A stretch of DNA of 54,465 bases, from the NCBI GenBank assembly GCA_030037735.1, contig JASHQC010000066.1, positions 1 to 54,465 of the forward strand. Reading direction: 5' to 3'. Positions 17,526-27,265 of this stretch are shown here, piece by piece (the first letter of the stretch is position 1; the number at the start of each line of letters is the position of its first letter). Source of the stretch: Thermoplasmata archaeon (GTDB lineage: Archaea; Thermoplasmatota; Thermoplasmata; Lutacidiplasmatales; UBA184). Below the pieces are notes generated by a model. The model did not search any database. It was given only the letters and a program-made list of their open reading frames with translations, and had not been told where the DNA came from. A program made the translations under genes and the position numbers.

Positions 17526-18482
17526 ATGGGGCGCGTTCTCGTCGCTCTGGGAGGCAACGCCCTCCAACGAGCGGGCGGGCATGGAACGTGGCCCGAGCAG
17601 GTCGCCCAGATGCGCCTGACCGCCGCCGTGCTCGCCACCCTAGTGGCCGACGGGGAAGAGCTCATCGTCACGCACGGCAACGGCCCCCAGGTCGGCACGC
17701 TCCTCCGACAGAACGAACTCGCCGAACACGAACTTCCTCCACGCCCGATGGACGTCTTGGGGGCCGAGACCCAGGGCCAAATCGGTTACTTGATCGAGCA
17801 GGAGCTCACCGCCGCTTTGGTTCGAGCGAAGGTCCCGAGGACCGTCTTGGCCCTGGTCAGTCGTACGGTAGTCTCACGACGAGACCGTGCCTTCCAGCAC
17901 CCTGACAAGCCGGTTGGGAGGTACTATTCCGAGGCAGAAGCCCGACCGCTCCGGAAGCGCCAGGGATGGGAAATGGTGTACGACGGCGCGCGGGGCGGAT
18001 GGCGACGGGTGGTCCCGTCGCCCGAACCGGTACGGTGGATCGAGGGGGAAGTCCTCCGAAAGCTCTTGCCACGAGGTTGGGGGGCCCACATCGTACCGGT
18101 TGTCACCGGGGGCGGCGGGGTCCCCGTCATCGAAAAGACCAAGGGCGTCTACGAAGGGGTCGAAGCGGTCATCGATAAGGACCGGACGGCCTCCCTGGTG
18201 GCGATCTCGATGGACGCCGACACGCTCGCGATTTTGACCGATGTGCCTGCCGCAGCCATCGGGTTCGGAAAGCCGTGGGAGAAGTGGCTAGGTGAGGTCC
18301 GCGCGTCCGAGATGGAGTCGTATCTCCGTCGCGGCGAGTTTGGAGAAGGCAGCATGGCGCCCAAGGTGCAAGCCTCGCTGACATTCCTGCGGTCGGGGGG
18401 CCGCCGGGCGATCATCACCGACCCCCCGTCGCTGAGCCGCGCTATGCGCAACGAGACCGGCACACGGATTGTTGCCGATTGA
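17526..18482 (+). CDS. arcC: Carbamate kinase
   Basis: MGRVLVALGGNAL, THGNGPQVG, and GGGGVPV in the C-terminal half. The start is trimmed to the ATG at 17526. Confidence 0.88.
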   Translation: MGRVLVALGGNALQRAGGHGTWPEQVAQMRLTAAVLATLVADGEELIVTHGNGPQVGTLLRQNELAEHELPPRPMDVLGAETQGQIGYLIEQELTAALVRAKVPRTVLALVSRTVVSRRDRAFQHPDKPVGRYYSEAEARPLRKRQGWEMVYDGARGGWRRVVPSPEPVRWIEGEVLRKLLPRGWGAHIVPVVTGGGGVPVIEKTKGVYEGVEAVIDKDRTASLVAISMDADTLAILTDVPAAAIGFGKPWEKWLGEVRASEMESYLRRGEFGEGSMAPKVQASLTFLRSGGRRAIITDPPSLSRAMRNETGTRIVAD

Positions 18483-18491
18483 TGAGAGCCT

Positions 18492-19250
18492 TCAGCTGCG
18501 GTGCGCCGTCGCCCTCAACAGTTTGGCAATACCGCTTCCGTACTGGAACGCCTTCTTGGACCGCCCGGCCAGCTCCGGGGGCAGTCCCAGCGCTACGGCC
18601 ATTTCTCGGAGCACGGACTTTCGCGCCGTGCCCGATCTCAGTTGGTCGATCGGGAGCGCTCGAGCCAGGCTCAGGAATTCTCGGTCCAAGAACGGGGATC
18701 GGAGGTCCTTGTGCACTCTCGTCGCGAGAGAAAGAGTGAGGGGCCAGTCATCGCCCAACAGTCGGTCGAGGTCCTTCCGACGCTGAGCCTCCGCGTCGGC
18801 TGACGAGAGTCCATCGAAGTGGGCATATCCCAGAAAGAGCTCGTCTGCACCTTGTCCACAGAGCACTCTCGCGTGATTCGCGGACTCCAAGGCGAACCCG
18901 AGACCCAACAGTACTGGCCGGGAGACCTCGCTGGCCGAGGCTAAAGTGGCGTGCTCCATGGCCAAGAGGCGTTCGACGTCGGGCCGACCCACGGTTCGAT
19001 GAGTCCACGGCAGCGCCAGGAGGTGGGCGCCTTGTTCCGCCGCGATAAGATCGGAACTGCCCTTCACCCCCACGCTCACGAGCTCGGTCTGGGCGTGTCC
19101 CCGGACCCCCCATGCGACCAGCGAGGAATCGAGGCCGCCGGAATACAGCACGCTCACCTCGGTACTGCCTTCGATGGCTCGCGCCACCGATTCGGTCCAA
19201 CAGGATGCCAGGAGTCGAAGGTCGGAGGAGTATCCAGGAGCTCGGTCCAT
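18492..19250 (-). CDS. Asparagine-synthase-domain PP-loop ATP pyrophosphatase (no glutaminase domain)
   Basis: SVLYSGGLDSS (SGGxDS) and CGQGADELFLGY. The start is trimmed to the ATG at 19250. Confidence 0.75.
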   Translation of the reverse strand: MDRAPGYSSDLRLLASCWTESVARAIEGSTEVSVLYSGGLDSSLVAWGVRGHAQTELVSVGVKGSSDLIAAEQGAHLLALPWTHRTVGRPDVERLLAMEHATLASASEVSRPVLLGLGFALESANHARVLCGQGADELFLGYAHFDGLSSADAEAQRRKDLDRLLGDDWPLTLSLATRVHKDLRSPFLDREFLSLARALPIDQLRSGTARKSVLREMAVALGLPPELAGRSKKAFQYGSGIAKLLRATAHRS

Positions 19251-19301
19251 CCACCTCCCCCGTAAGTGAACGCTTAAGAGTTCGCCGACGCCCACCGGGC
19301 C

Positions 19302-19880
19302 GTGAGCGCTGCGACCGCGCGTTCCCGGCCCCGGCGACGTGTTGTGTTTGTGGACCGCGACGGAACGCTCATGCCGGATTTTCATTACCTGGCCGACCCC
19401 GAAGCGACGGAACTGGCCGCCGGCGTAGGCGACGCCCTTCGGTTGTTCCGCCAGCACGGTTACCTCGTCATTTGCGTGACGAACCAATCAGGGGTGGGTC
19501 GTGGACTCTTCACCGAGCAAACCGTGCACCGGATTCACCAGCGGCTCAACGAGAGATTGCGGCGGTACCGGGCGTCGATCGACGCGTTCTACTACTGCCC
19601 CCATGCCCCCGAGCAGCAGTGCGACTGTCGCAAGCCCGCCACGACCCTCTTCCAACGAGCAGCCGAAGATTGGGCCATCGATTTCCCCGCGAGCGCCATC
19701 ATCGGGGATCGGCTGCTCGACGTCGAGGCGGGGACGAAGCTGGGGCTTTTCACCGTGCTAGTCCCGGAAGTGGCCCACGAATCGCTCGTCGACCGGGAAC
19801 TCGCCGAACGGGGAACTCGCCCGGACGTGCGTGTATCGAGCATCGGGGCCGCCGCTTCGGCCATCCTCCACCGCGGGTAA
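19302..19880 (+). CDS. HAD-IIIA phosphatase (GmhB / histidinol-phosphatase-like)
   Basis: FVDRDGTL, VTNQSGVGRG, CPH....C.CRKP zinc-site pattern, and GDR..D. Confidence 0.8.
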   Translation: MSAATARSRPRRRVVFVDRDGTLMPDFHYLADPEATELAAGVGDALRLFRQHGYLVICVTNQSGVGRGLFTEQTVHRIHQRLNERLRRYRASIDAFYYCPHAPEQQCDCRKPATTLFQRAAEDWAIDFPASAIIGDRLLDVEAGTKLGLFTVLVPEVAHESLVDRELAERGTRPDVRVSSIGAAASAILHRG

Positions 19881-19943
19881 TTCCGCTGAGGCGGCCCGTA
19901 GAAACCTTCTAAAGGCGGCCCGGCTCCTCGCGCGGACCCTCTC

Positions 19944-20696
19944 TTGGTGCTCCCGCTTTCTCAATCAATCATCGGCGTCGTCGCTACCTGCGTACTGTCC
20001 GCCGGAGCCGTCCGCTCCGGAGCGCTGACTCTGTTTGCCGGATTGGTCGCGACGGCTTTCGGGTCCTTCATCGTGGTTGTGGGTGGGTTTCCCTACCTTG
20101 CCCTCCTGGTGCTGTTCGTCGTGGCGAGCGTGCTCGCTACCCGATTCCGGTTCGAGGAGAAGATGCGGAAGCACGTCCAGGAGGGAACGCATGGCGAACG
20201 GGGCGTGGCCAATGTGCTCGCGCACATCCTGGTGCCATCCGGTTTGGTGGTCGTGGGCTGGGCGGTCCCCCGCGTCCTTCCACCGGCGACGACCGCCTTC
20301 CTCTACGCTTCCGCCCTGGCCTTCGGCGCCTCGGACACGTTCGCCAGCGAGTTCGGTGTCCTGGCCGGTCGCGCCCGCAGTGTGCTCACGGGAAAGACCG
20401 TCCCGCCGGGGACGAATGGCGGAATATCGGCCCTCGGCGAGGCTTGGTCCTTCGTCGGCGCATTCACCACTGCGCTCGTCGGGGGCGGACTCTTCCTCCT
20501 GTTCCGCCAGCCCATTCCGCCGCTCGGGACTTTTTTGCTCGGAATCACGCTCGCCGGATTTCTGGGTTGCCAAGTCGATAGCGTGCTGGGGGAGACCTTG
20601 GAGAACCGGGGCTATCTCACCAAAGGAGGCACGAACCTGGTGGCGATGTCCCTCACGGTGCTTGTGGCCTGGATTCTGCTGATCGCACTCGGGTAA
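19944..20696 (+). CDS. DUF92/TMEM19-family integral membrane protein
   Basis: Polytopic, with GERGVANVLAH and FGASDTFASEFG motifs typical of that family as I recall it. Confidence 0.65.
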   Translation: MVLPLSQSIIGVVATCVLSAGAVRSGALTLFAGLVATAFGSFIVVVGGFPYLALLVLFVVASVLATRFRFEEKMRKHVQEGTHGERGVANVLAHILVPSGLVVVGWAVPRVLPPATTAFLYASALAFGASDTFASEFGVLAGRARSVLTGKTVPPGTNGGISALGEAWSFVGAFTTALVGGGLFLLFRQPIPPLGTFLLGITLAGFLGCQVDSVLGETLENRGYLTKGGTNLVAMSLTVLVAWILLIALG

Positions 20697-20704
20697 CTGT
20701 CCGG

Positions 20705-21457
20705 ATGACCGCGGGAGACGAGCAAGGAATTGCCGTCGTGCTGCTCTCGGGAGGAATGGACTCTGCCACGGCTCTCGCCGTTGCGCGGCAACACTTCCGA
20801 CGCGTCGATTGCCTCACCGTCGCCTACGGGCAGCGGCATTGGAAGGAGATCGGTAGCGCGCGTCGACTCGCGGCGCACTTCCATATCTCGCACCACGAGG
20901 TTCTTGAGCTGCCGCTCGGGCCGCTGCTTCGATCCGCGCTTACGGATCGCCGACGCCCGCTCCCTCGCGCGCACGCCGGCCGGGCGCCGGGGCGCATTCC
21001 GTCGACGTACGTTCCGGCTCGAAACACCATCCTGCTCTCGATCGCGCTGGGGTACGCCGAGAGCGTAGGGGCCCGGGCCATCTACATCGGCGCTAACGCG
21101 ATCGATTATTCTGGCTACCCGGACTGCCGGCCGGAGTACTTTCGCGCCTTCGAGCACCTAGCCCGCCTCGCGACCCGCGCGGGGGTCGAGCGGGGCCGGG
21201 AAGTGACGATCGAGGCGCCGTTATTGCGACTCTCGAAGGCCGATATCGTGCGCCTGGGTGGGCGGCTCCACGTTCCATGGGAGCTCACCTGGAGCTGCTA
21301 CGTGGGCGGGCACCGACCGTGCGGACGGTGCGATTCTTGCGTGCTCCGGGCCCGGGGCTTCGAGGAGGCCGGTGTGGTGGATCCGCTGACCGCCCCCGTT
21401 CACATCCGCTCTAGGCGCTCGAGCCCCAAGGAGTCGAGGGTGTTTCCGAGGGCCTGA
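20705..21457 (+). CDS. queC: 7-cyano-7-deazaguanine synthase
   Basis: VVLLSGGMDS, YGQRH, YVPARNT, GYPDCR, and the C-terminal Cys cluster CGRCDSC. Confidence 0.9.
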   Translation: MTAGDEQGIAVVLLSGGMDSATALAVARQHFRRVDCLTVAYGQRHWKEIGSARRLAAHFHISHHEVLELPLGPLLRSALTDRRRPLPRAHAGRAPGRIPSTYVPARNTILLSIALGYAESVGARAIYIGANAIDYSGYPDCRPEYFRAFEHLARLATRAGVERGREVTIEAPLLRLSKADIVRLGGRLHVPWELTWSCYVGGHRPCGRCDSCVLRARGFEEAGVVDPLTAPVHIRSRRSSPKESRVFPRA

Positions 21458-23211
21458 CGGGTCGCCGCCACCAAGGCAAGGCGGCTCGCGCGGGCAGGTT
21501 CCTCCGCGCGGAGGACGGGGATCGCCTGGTAGAACCGGTTAAACGCCTCGGCCAGACCGTAAGCATACGTTGCCACTGCATGCACGTGACCGGTGCGCGC
21601 GACGTACTGGATCGTGCCAGGGAGCCGGGCCACGACCCGCACGAGGTCGGTCTCCTCGGGGAGGTTGAGGGCCCTCGTCTCGAAAGGAAACGGCGGAGAC
21701 TCCCGACCGGCCTTCCGCAGGATGCTGCCTGCCCGCGCGTACGAATACTGGACGAACGGTCCGCTGCGTCCTTCGAAGGAGAGGGCCTCCTCCCACCGGA
21801 ACTTGACTGGTTTGTCGGGAGCCACCCGAAGAACGTGGAAACGAACGGCCCCGGCGCCCACGCGCTCCGCGATCGAGGCCACCTGCTCCTCCGACAGGTC
21901 CTCCCGTCGCTTCAGCACCTCGCCGTGGGCCCGTTCCACCGCCTCGTCCAACAGGTCGTCGAGATGGACCGCCCGTCCCTTCCGCGTCGACATGCGGCCC
22001 CCTTCGGGGACCGTGATATCTTGGTAGATCAGGAACTCGGGCCGGCGCGTCTCGCCAATCTCCGCGAGCATCGCATCCAGGGTTCGCGCGTGCAGCTGAT
22101 GGTCCTGTCCCAGCACGTCAATGACCCGGGCGAATCGGGAGAACTTCTGGAGATGGTACGCGACGTCGCGCGTCGGGTAGAGTGACGTTCCGTCGGCCCG
22201 GGTCACGATGATCGTGGCGCTCTCCTTGGGCAGGCCGTATCCTTGCGCATCGAGCGCGAGGGCACCGTTCTCCTCGAGGATTGCGTGGGGGGACTTTCGG
22301 AATCGCTCGATGACCTTGGCTACCGATCCGTCCTGGACTAGGCTCGATTCCCAGACGAAGCTGTCAAAATGAACCCCAACCCGTGCCAGAGAGGATAGCA
22401 TACCTCCCAGGACGGCTTCCGCGATCTCCCGGTGCAGCGGAGGAGCCTGATGCGACTCCAGCTCCCGGGTCAGTTCGGCCACCTGCTGGGCTGCCTCCGG
22501 GTTCTTCTTCAGAAAGTCGCTCACGTAGCGATAGGGTCGGCCATACCAGTGGTCCGCCTTCTCGGTGGAGAGGGTGACCCCCTCGGGCGGACGCGCCCCG
22601 TCCCGGACCTCGGGCGGCCATTGGTCCACAGGCTTCGACCAGATCCATGTGATCATCGCGGACTGGCGACCCAGGTCGTCGACGTAGTACTCGGTCGTGA
22701 CCGGAAAACCGGCGGCTCGGAGGACCCGGGCCAGGGTGTCCCCGATGATCCCGTTCCGGACCCGACCGACATGAAAAGGGCCATTCGGGTTGGCGCTCGT
22801 GTGCTCCACGCAGACCTTTTCGGTACTCGGGGGGCCCCGGCCGTACGCGGCACCACGGGCGATGACCAGCTCGAGAGTGGCTTGAATCAGCCGCGACGTA
22901 TCCGCGTGGAAATTGACGTAGGCCCCATCGGAGGTCACGCGCACGAGCCCGCCGCTGAGCGGAAAATCGGTCGCAAGTTCCGCGGACAGCCGCTCGGGCG
23001 GCACTCCGAGGGACTTGGCGGCTCGGTGGGTGGCGTACCCGAAGTCGGCGACCCCCGAGGGGGCATCTTCGAGCTGCCGGTCGAGCCCCTCGGCGGATTC
23101 GGGATATCCGTGGGCTCCCAGCCGCCGGGCCAACTCCTGGTCAATTTGCTCTCGCACAGGGCGCCACGGGTCCCACAGATTCCCCGATGCGTCCGCGTCG
23201 CTCGTCGGCAC
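21400..23211 (-). CDS. argS: Arginine--tRNA ligase
   Basis: The class I motifs HTSANPNGPFHVG (HIGH-like) and MSTRKG, plus a C-terminal anticodon-binding domain. Confidence 0.93.
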   Translation of the reverse strand: MPTSDADASGNLWDPWRPVREQIDQELARRLGAHGYPESAEGLDRQLEDAPSGVADFGYATHRAAKSLGVPPERLSAELATDFPLSGGLVRVTSDGAYVNFHADTSRLIQATLELVIARGAAYGRGPPSTEKVCVEHTSANPNGPFHVGRVRNGIIGDTLARVLRAAGFPVTTEYYVDDLGRQSAMITWIWSKPVDQWPPEVRDGARPPEGVTLSTEKADHWYGRPYRYVSDFLKKNPEAAQQVAELTRELESHQAPPLHREIAEAVLGGMLSSLARVGVHFDSFVWESSLVQDGSVAKVIERFRKSPHAILEENGALALDAQGYGLPKESATIIVTRADGTSLYPTRDVAYHLQKFSRFARVIDVLGQDHQLHARTLDAMLAEIGETRRPEFLIYQDITVPEGGRMSTRKGRAVHLDDLLDEAVERAHGEVLKRREDLSEEQVASIAERVGAGAVRFHVLRVAPDKPVKFRWEEALSFEGRSGPFVQYSYARAGSILRKAGRESPPFPFETRALNLPEETDLVRVVARLPGTIQYVARTGHVHAVATYAYGLAEAFNRFYQAIPVLRAEEPARASRLALVAATRQALGNTLDSLGLERLERM

Positions 23212-23263
23212 GTCTCCGCCCCGAACGCTGATGAGACGTGTCGGTCTTAACCGTTCGTCCTAA

Positions 23264-24154
23264 ATGCCGACCTTGCTCGTTCGCTACGGTGAGCTGGCGC
23301 TCAAATCCCCGCCGGTCCGGAGAGAGTTTGAACGGGCACTGCAACGGAACATTCTGGGTCAATTCCTCGCCGCGAAACTGACCTGCCGCCTGCGCGCCGA
23401 CCATGGACACCTGTACGTCGAAAGCGACAACGAGACCGAGGGCATTCGCTTGGTCCGGCGCGTGTTCGGAGTCACTTCAGTCAGCCCGGTGGAGGAGATT
23501 CCGACCGAGCTCGAGGGGATTCGCTCGCGGATCGTATCGTGGGCCGATCCGCTCCTCGGGCCTCGGAGTTCGTTTGCGATTCGCGCCCGTCGAACCGGCA
23601 GCCATTCGTTCACGAGCCAGGAACTGGCACGGGACCTGGGCGGGCGGTTGCTGGCGCAATGGCCGGACCGAGAGTTGTCCGTGGATCTCGAGACCCCGGC
23701 CGTCGAACTGTTCGTCGAGGTGCGGGCGGCCCGAACCTACCTGTACTCGACCCGAGTCCGTGGGCCGGGGGGCTTCCCGCTTGGCGTGGCCGGCCGGGTC
23801 GTGGCGTTGGTCGACGGAACGCGGGGCGCCGTGGGAGCGTACCTGATGATGAAGCGGGGCTGCCGGGTCGCGTTCGTTTCCGCCGGAGAGGGGGACCAGC
23901 TCGTCGGAGGCACGCTGTCCCGATTTGACCCTCAAGCCCGGGTACTTTTCTCCGCGGGCGAGGAGGTCACGAGTGCAGTTCGGGCCCTCGCCGGGGAGAC
24001 TCGGGCGGAAGGAGTCGTGCTCCCGCTCCACGTCGAGCAGTTCCCCGCGGCTCGGGAGGCCTGGGGGGAGACCGTGCTGTTCGCTCCCACCATAGGCTTC
24101 ACGGAGGAGGAGGTGGATTCTCGGTGGAAAGAGATCACCGAACTCGCCGGCTGA
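23264..24154 (+). CDS. ThiI-like THUMP-domain protein with a degenerate, shortened PP-loop domain
   Basis: LVRYGELALKS... has a ThiI-like N-terminus and THUMP domain. The expected SGGxDS is replaced by VDGTRGAV, followed by AYLMMKRGCRV. The C-terminal part is compressed (VLFAPTIGFTEEEV). Confidence 0.7.
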   Translation: MPTLLVRYGELALKSPPVRREFERALQRNILGQFLAAKLTCRLRADHGHLYVESDNETEGIRLVRRVFGVTSVSPVEEIPTELEGIRSRIVSWADPLLGPRSSFAIRARRTGSHSFTSQELARDLGGRLLAQWPDRELSVDLETPAVELFVEVRAARTYLYSTRVRGPGGFPLGVAGRVVALVDGTRGAVGAYLMMKRGCRVAFVSAGEGDQLVGGTLSRFDPQARVLFSAGEEVTSAVRALAGETRAEGVVLPLHVEQFPAAREAWGETVLFAPTIGFTEEEVDSRWKEITELAG

Positions 24155-24435
24155 CCGACACTGCCACTCCACCGCAACAGACCCCGGAGCCTCCGCCGTC
24201 GACCTCCGGTCCGCCCGTGCCGGTCGACGCCCCGGATCTGCTGGAGCCCCCGCCCCCGCAACACGCCGCGGCCCGGCTGGAAGAACGGCAAAAGCGTTGG
24301 TTCCAGCGGCGAGAGATCGCCGTGAAATCGACGGCTACCGTACCCGCCTCCGCTCCCGATTCCGAGGAGAACCCGGCCTCGGACCCAAAGGGCTAATGTA
24401 GGCTCCTCGGGTGGCCGCGCCGTTCAGGTGTCAGA

Positions 24436-24621
24436 GTGCCGACATGGAGGGTCTCGGGCGAGTTCTACGCTCGTCGTAACTGCTGGCAGACCTTCTCGAA
24501 GGTCCGCGATGCCCCGACTGCGGAGGCCGCTCGCGAGTGGGCGGTCTCCGTGATCGGCGGCTGCCATCACGTTCCCCGGCGCCTGATCCGGATCGGGTCC
24601 GTGGAGCCGGCGCAGGCATGA
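24436..24621 (+). CDS. rplX: Ribosomal protein LX (L18Ae/eL20 family)
   Basis: WRVSGEF....W..FSK.V.A....AA.EWA.S.IGG.HHV.RR.I.I..V pattern. It occupies the canonical position before pfdA-ftsY, and its stop overlaps the pfdA ATG (ATGA). Confidence 0.7.
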   Translation: MPTWRVSGEFYARRNCWQTFSKVRDAPTAEAAREWAVSVIGGCHHVPRRLIRIGSVEPAQA

Positions 24622-25103
24622 GCACTCCCCGGAACGATGCGCCGCCAGTGACCGAGCAACAGGTCCGAGACGACCTGATGCGCCTCGACCTCTACCGAAA
24701 TCAGCTGTCGCAGATGCTCCAACAGCTCCAGCTGATCTCGGCCTCGCGGGCCGATCATCAGCGGGCGCGGGAAACGTTGGAGGGACTGGACCGGATGGGG
24801 GCTGACCCGGAGTTGCTGGTCCCGGTCGGCGGCGACACTTTCCTGCGGGGGTCTCCCCGGGACACCGCGCGTGTGCTGGTGGGGATTGGCAGCGGGATTG
24901 TCGTGGAGATGGAGCGACCCAAGGCGAGCCAGCTCCTCGCCGAGCGGTCGGTACGACTCGATCAGGCGTCCCAGGACCTGGAGAACCAGATGCGCTCCTT
25001 GGAGGAGCGAATCACGGCCCTCTCCAGTCGACTGGAAGCGTTGAGTCAGAGCGCCGAGCGGGCCGGTTCCGGCCCGGCCACGGACAATGTGGTCATCGAT
25101 TAA
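24618..25103 (+). CDS. pfdA: Prefoldin alpha subunit
   Basis: Coiled coil, then LVPVGGDTFLRG / VGIGSGIVVE beta hairpins, then a second coiled coil. The start is trimmed to the ATG at 24618. Confidence 0.85.
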   Translation: MSTPRNDAPPVTEQQVRDDLMRLDLYRNQLSQMLQQLQLISASRADHQRARETLEGLDRMGADPELLVPVGGDTFLRGSPRDTARVLVGIGSGIVVEMERPKASQLLAERSVRLDQASQDLENQMRSLEERITALSSRLEALSQSAERAGSGPATDNVVID

Positions 25104-26073
25104 GGCCCGTCTCTTCGGCTCGTCGAAGCGGGAGGAGTCGACCGGAGCCGCGGCGGGGGAGAAGCCCGCCCCGCCCACTCCACCGGCCTCTGAGTCGCTC
25201 ACAGAGGGTTTCGGCCGGCGACTCTCCGACGACACCCTCGACACGGTCCTGGAGGATCTCGAGATCGCCCTCCTTGAATCGGACGTGGCGCTGTCGGTCG
25301 TGGAACGGATTCGTCGGGACCTCCGAAAGGAGCTCGCCGGAAAGAAGCTCAAGTGGGGCGCGGACGCCGAGGCCGCGATCCGCTCCAGCTTTGAGGCGTC
25401 GGTCCGGTCGATATTGTCCCAGCCTCCGATCGACCTGTTGGCCCGCGTCCGGGCGCAGGACCCCCGACCTTACATCATTCTGGTCGTCGGAGTGAACGGC
25501 ACCGGCAAGACCACGACCGTGGCCAAATTGGCCCACTGGCTTCGGGAGCAGCAGCTTTCGGTCGTGATCGCCGCCGGGGACACGTTCCGGGCAGGGGCGA
25601 TCGAGCAGTTGCTCGTGCACGGAGAGCGGCTCGGGATCAAGGTGGTCCGGCAACAGGAAGGGAGCGACCCTGCGGCCGTGGCCTTCGATGCCGTCGCGCA
25701 CGCGCGGGCCCGGCACCTCGATGTGGTGCTGGTCGACACGGCCGGTCGGCAGCACACGAACGAGAACTTGGTGGAAGAGGCAAAGAAGATCCGTCGGGTC
25801 GTTCAGCCGCACTTGACGCTGTTCGTGGGGGACGCCCTCTCGGGCAACGACACTCTCGAGCAGGCCAAGGAATTCCAAAAGGCGCTGGGCATCGACGGGC
25901 TGATCCTGACCAAGCTGGACGCCGATGCCAAGGGAGGCGCGGCCTTGTCGGCTACGTTCGTCACGAAGAAGCCCCTGGTCTTCGTGGGCGTCGGGCAAGG
26001 GTACGAGGACCTGCGGCCGTTCGACGTCGACTGGATGGTTCGACGTCTCCTTTCGGAGGGAACCGCTTCCTGA
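25087..26073 (+). CDS. ftsY: Signal recognition particle receptor FtsY
   Basis: VVGVNGTGKTTT, DTAGR, TKLD and GVGQ motifs of the SRP GTPase family. Confidence 0.93.
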   Translation: MWSSIKARLFGSSKREESTGAAAGEKPAPPTPPASESLTEGFGRRLSDDTLDTVLEDLEIALLESDVALSVVERIRRDLRKELAGKKLKWGADAEAAIRSSFEASVRSILSQPPIDLLARVRAQDPRPYIILVVGVNGTGKTTTVAKLAHWLREQQLSVVIAAGDTFRAGAIEQLLVHGERLGIKVVRQQEGSDPAAVAFDAVAHARARHLDVVLVDTAGRQHTNENLVEEAKKIRRVVQPHLTLFVGDALSGNDTLEQAKEFQKALGIDGLILTKLDADAKGGAALSATFVTKKPLVFVGVGQGYEDLRPFDVDWMVRRLLSEGTAS

Positions 26074-26081
26074 CCGCTCGG

Positions 26082-26804
26082 GTGAACGTCGTTCTCGTTC
26101 GGCCGAAAGAGGACGGCAACGTCGGCGCCGTAGCGCGGGTTGGGCGGAACTTCGGCGCGGAGCGACTGACGCTCGTCCGCCCCCGGGCGGCGCTGGGACC
26201 GGACGCCCGACGGCGGGCGATGGGTGGGATTTCACTCCTCCGTAACGCGCAGACGGTCTCGACCTTGGAGGAGGCCGTGTCGGACTCCGACTTGGTCGTC
26301 GGGTCGACGGACTTGGTACTCGGCCGTTCCAACGCGTTCCTGCGCCGGTCGATCGACCCCGAGAGGCTGGGAGCTATCGTCCGAGCCGCCGAGGGCCGAA
26401 TCGCCCTCGTCTTTGGACCCGAAGACAACGGGCTGGGCCGGGAAGAGCTGGGCGCCTGCGACCTGATCGCGCATATTCCCGCCCGCCGGGAGTTCCCCAC
26501 CCTCAATCTCTCCCACGCGGTCGGCATCCTGCTGTATGCCATTCACCGCGCCCAGGGAAGCGAATGGGAAGAGACCACCCCCGCACCAGAGCGCCTCCCC
26601 CTCGCCGGACGGGAGAAGGAACTACTCCTCCGGCGGCTCGCTGAGCTTATGGCCCGGACCGACTATCCCCGCCACAAGCGCCGGGGCCTCATGCTGTTGT
26701 TCCGGCGATTGTTCGGCCGGGCCGTGCCCACCGAGCACGAGTATCGAATGATGCTCGGCTTTGTGCGGAGCGTCGACCGAATCGGGAAGAAACGACATGG
26801 CTGA
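26082..26804 (+). CDS. SPOUT (TrmJ/SpoU-like) RNA 2'-O-methyltransferase
   Basis: VVLVRP....NVGAVAR, LVFGPEDNGL and NLSHAVGILLY. Confidence 0.8.
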   Translation: MNVVLVRPKEDGNVGAVARVGRNFGAERLTLVRPRAALGPDARRRAMGGISLLRNAQTVSTLEEAVSDSDLVVGSTDLVLGRSNAFLRRSIDPERLGAIVRAAEGRIALVFGPEDNGLGREELGACDLIAHIPARREFPTLNLSHAVGILLYAIHRAQGSEWEETTPAPERLPLAGREKELLLRRLAELMARTDYPRHKRRGLMLLFRRLFGRAVPTEHEYRMMLGFVRSVDRIGKKRHG

Positions 26805-27204
26805 AGCGGCCGACTGGCTCCGGGTTCGCGGCATCGGGCGGGAGCGCTTCGTGGGATACTTGGCCGACTATCTGGCCGATATCGGATTCATCGTCGAGAA
26901 GACCGAGATCGCGGAGCCGGCGGCGACCCAGTTGGATGGATCGCTTGCGCGGATGAACCCCGCCGTACCCGAGGGGCTCCGGAAGCTCAAGTTCCGCGTA
27001 GCTCCGACCAGTGGAGGAGCGGCCATCTACTGGGAGGCCCCTTCCACGATTCCGTCCGCCGAGCTGGCCCGGGCGGACCGGTTCAGCCGCGAGCTCGAGA
27101 CGCACATGGGACGCGCCGTGTCCACCGAGAGTCACGGGACGGCCAAGGTCGTGCGGTCCCCGGTCGCCCGGCTGCCCTGGTTGCCGAGTACTCACTCCAA
27201 GTGA
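26797..27204 (+). CDS. Hypothetical protein
   Basis: 135 aa from the ATG at 26797, overlapping the preceding stop by 8 nt. No family recognised. Confidence 0.4.
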   Translation: MAEAADWLRVRGIGRERFVGYLADYLADIGFIVEKTEIAEPAATQLDGSLARMNPAVPEGLRKLKFRVAPTSGGAAIYWEAPSTIPSAELARADRFSRELETHMGRAVSTESHGTAKVVRSPVARLPWLPSTHSK

Positions 27205-27265
27205 GCTCCCCGGGTGCGTTCCCTCCTTGACCCCCCCCGGGGGCTAGGGAGGCCAGGAATGCCCC

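Noticed and set aside
23228-23262. A tgatga C-box-like string upstream of the thiI-like gene.
   Set aside because: No CUGA D box within the expected 50-70 nt. It is most likely just the argS/thiI-like divergent intergenic region.
24124-24396. Pro-rich 90-aa ORF as a real gene.
   Set aside because: Low complexity, overlap with the thiI-like 3' end, and no recognisable domain. I kept it only as an open question in the findings, not as a feature.
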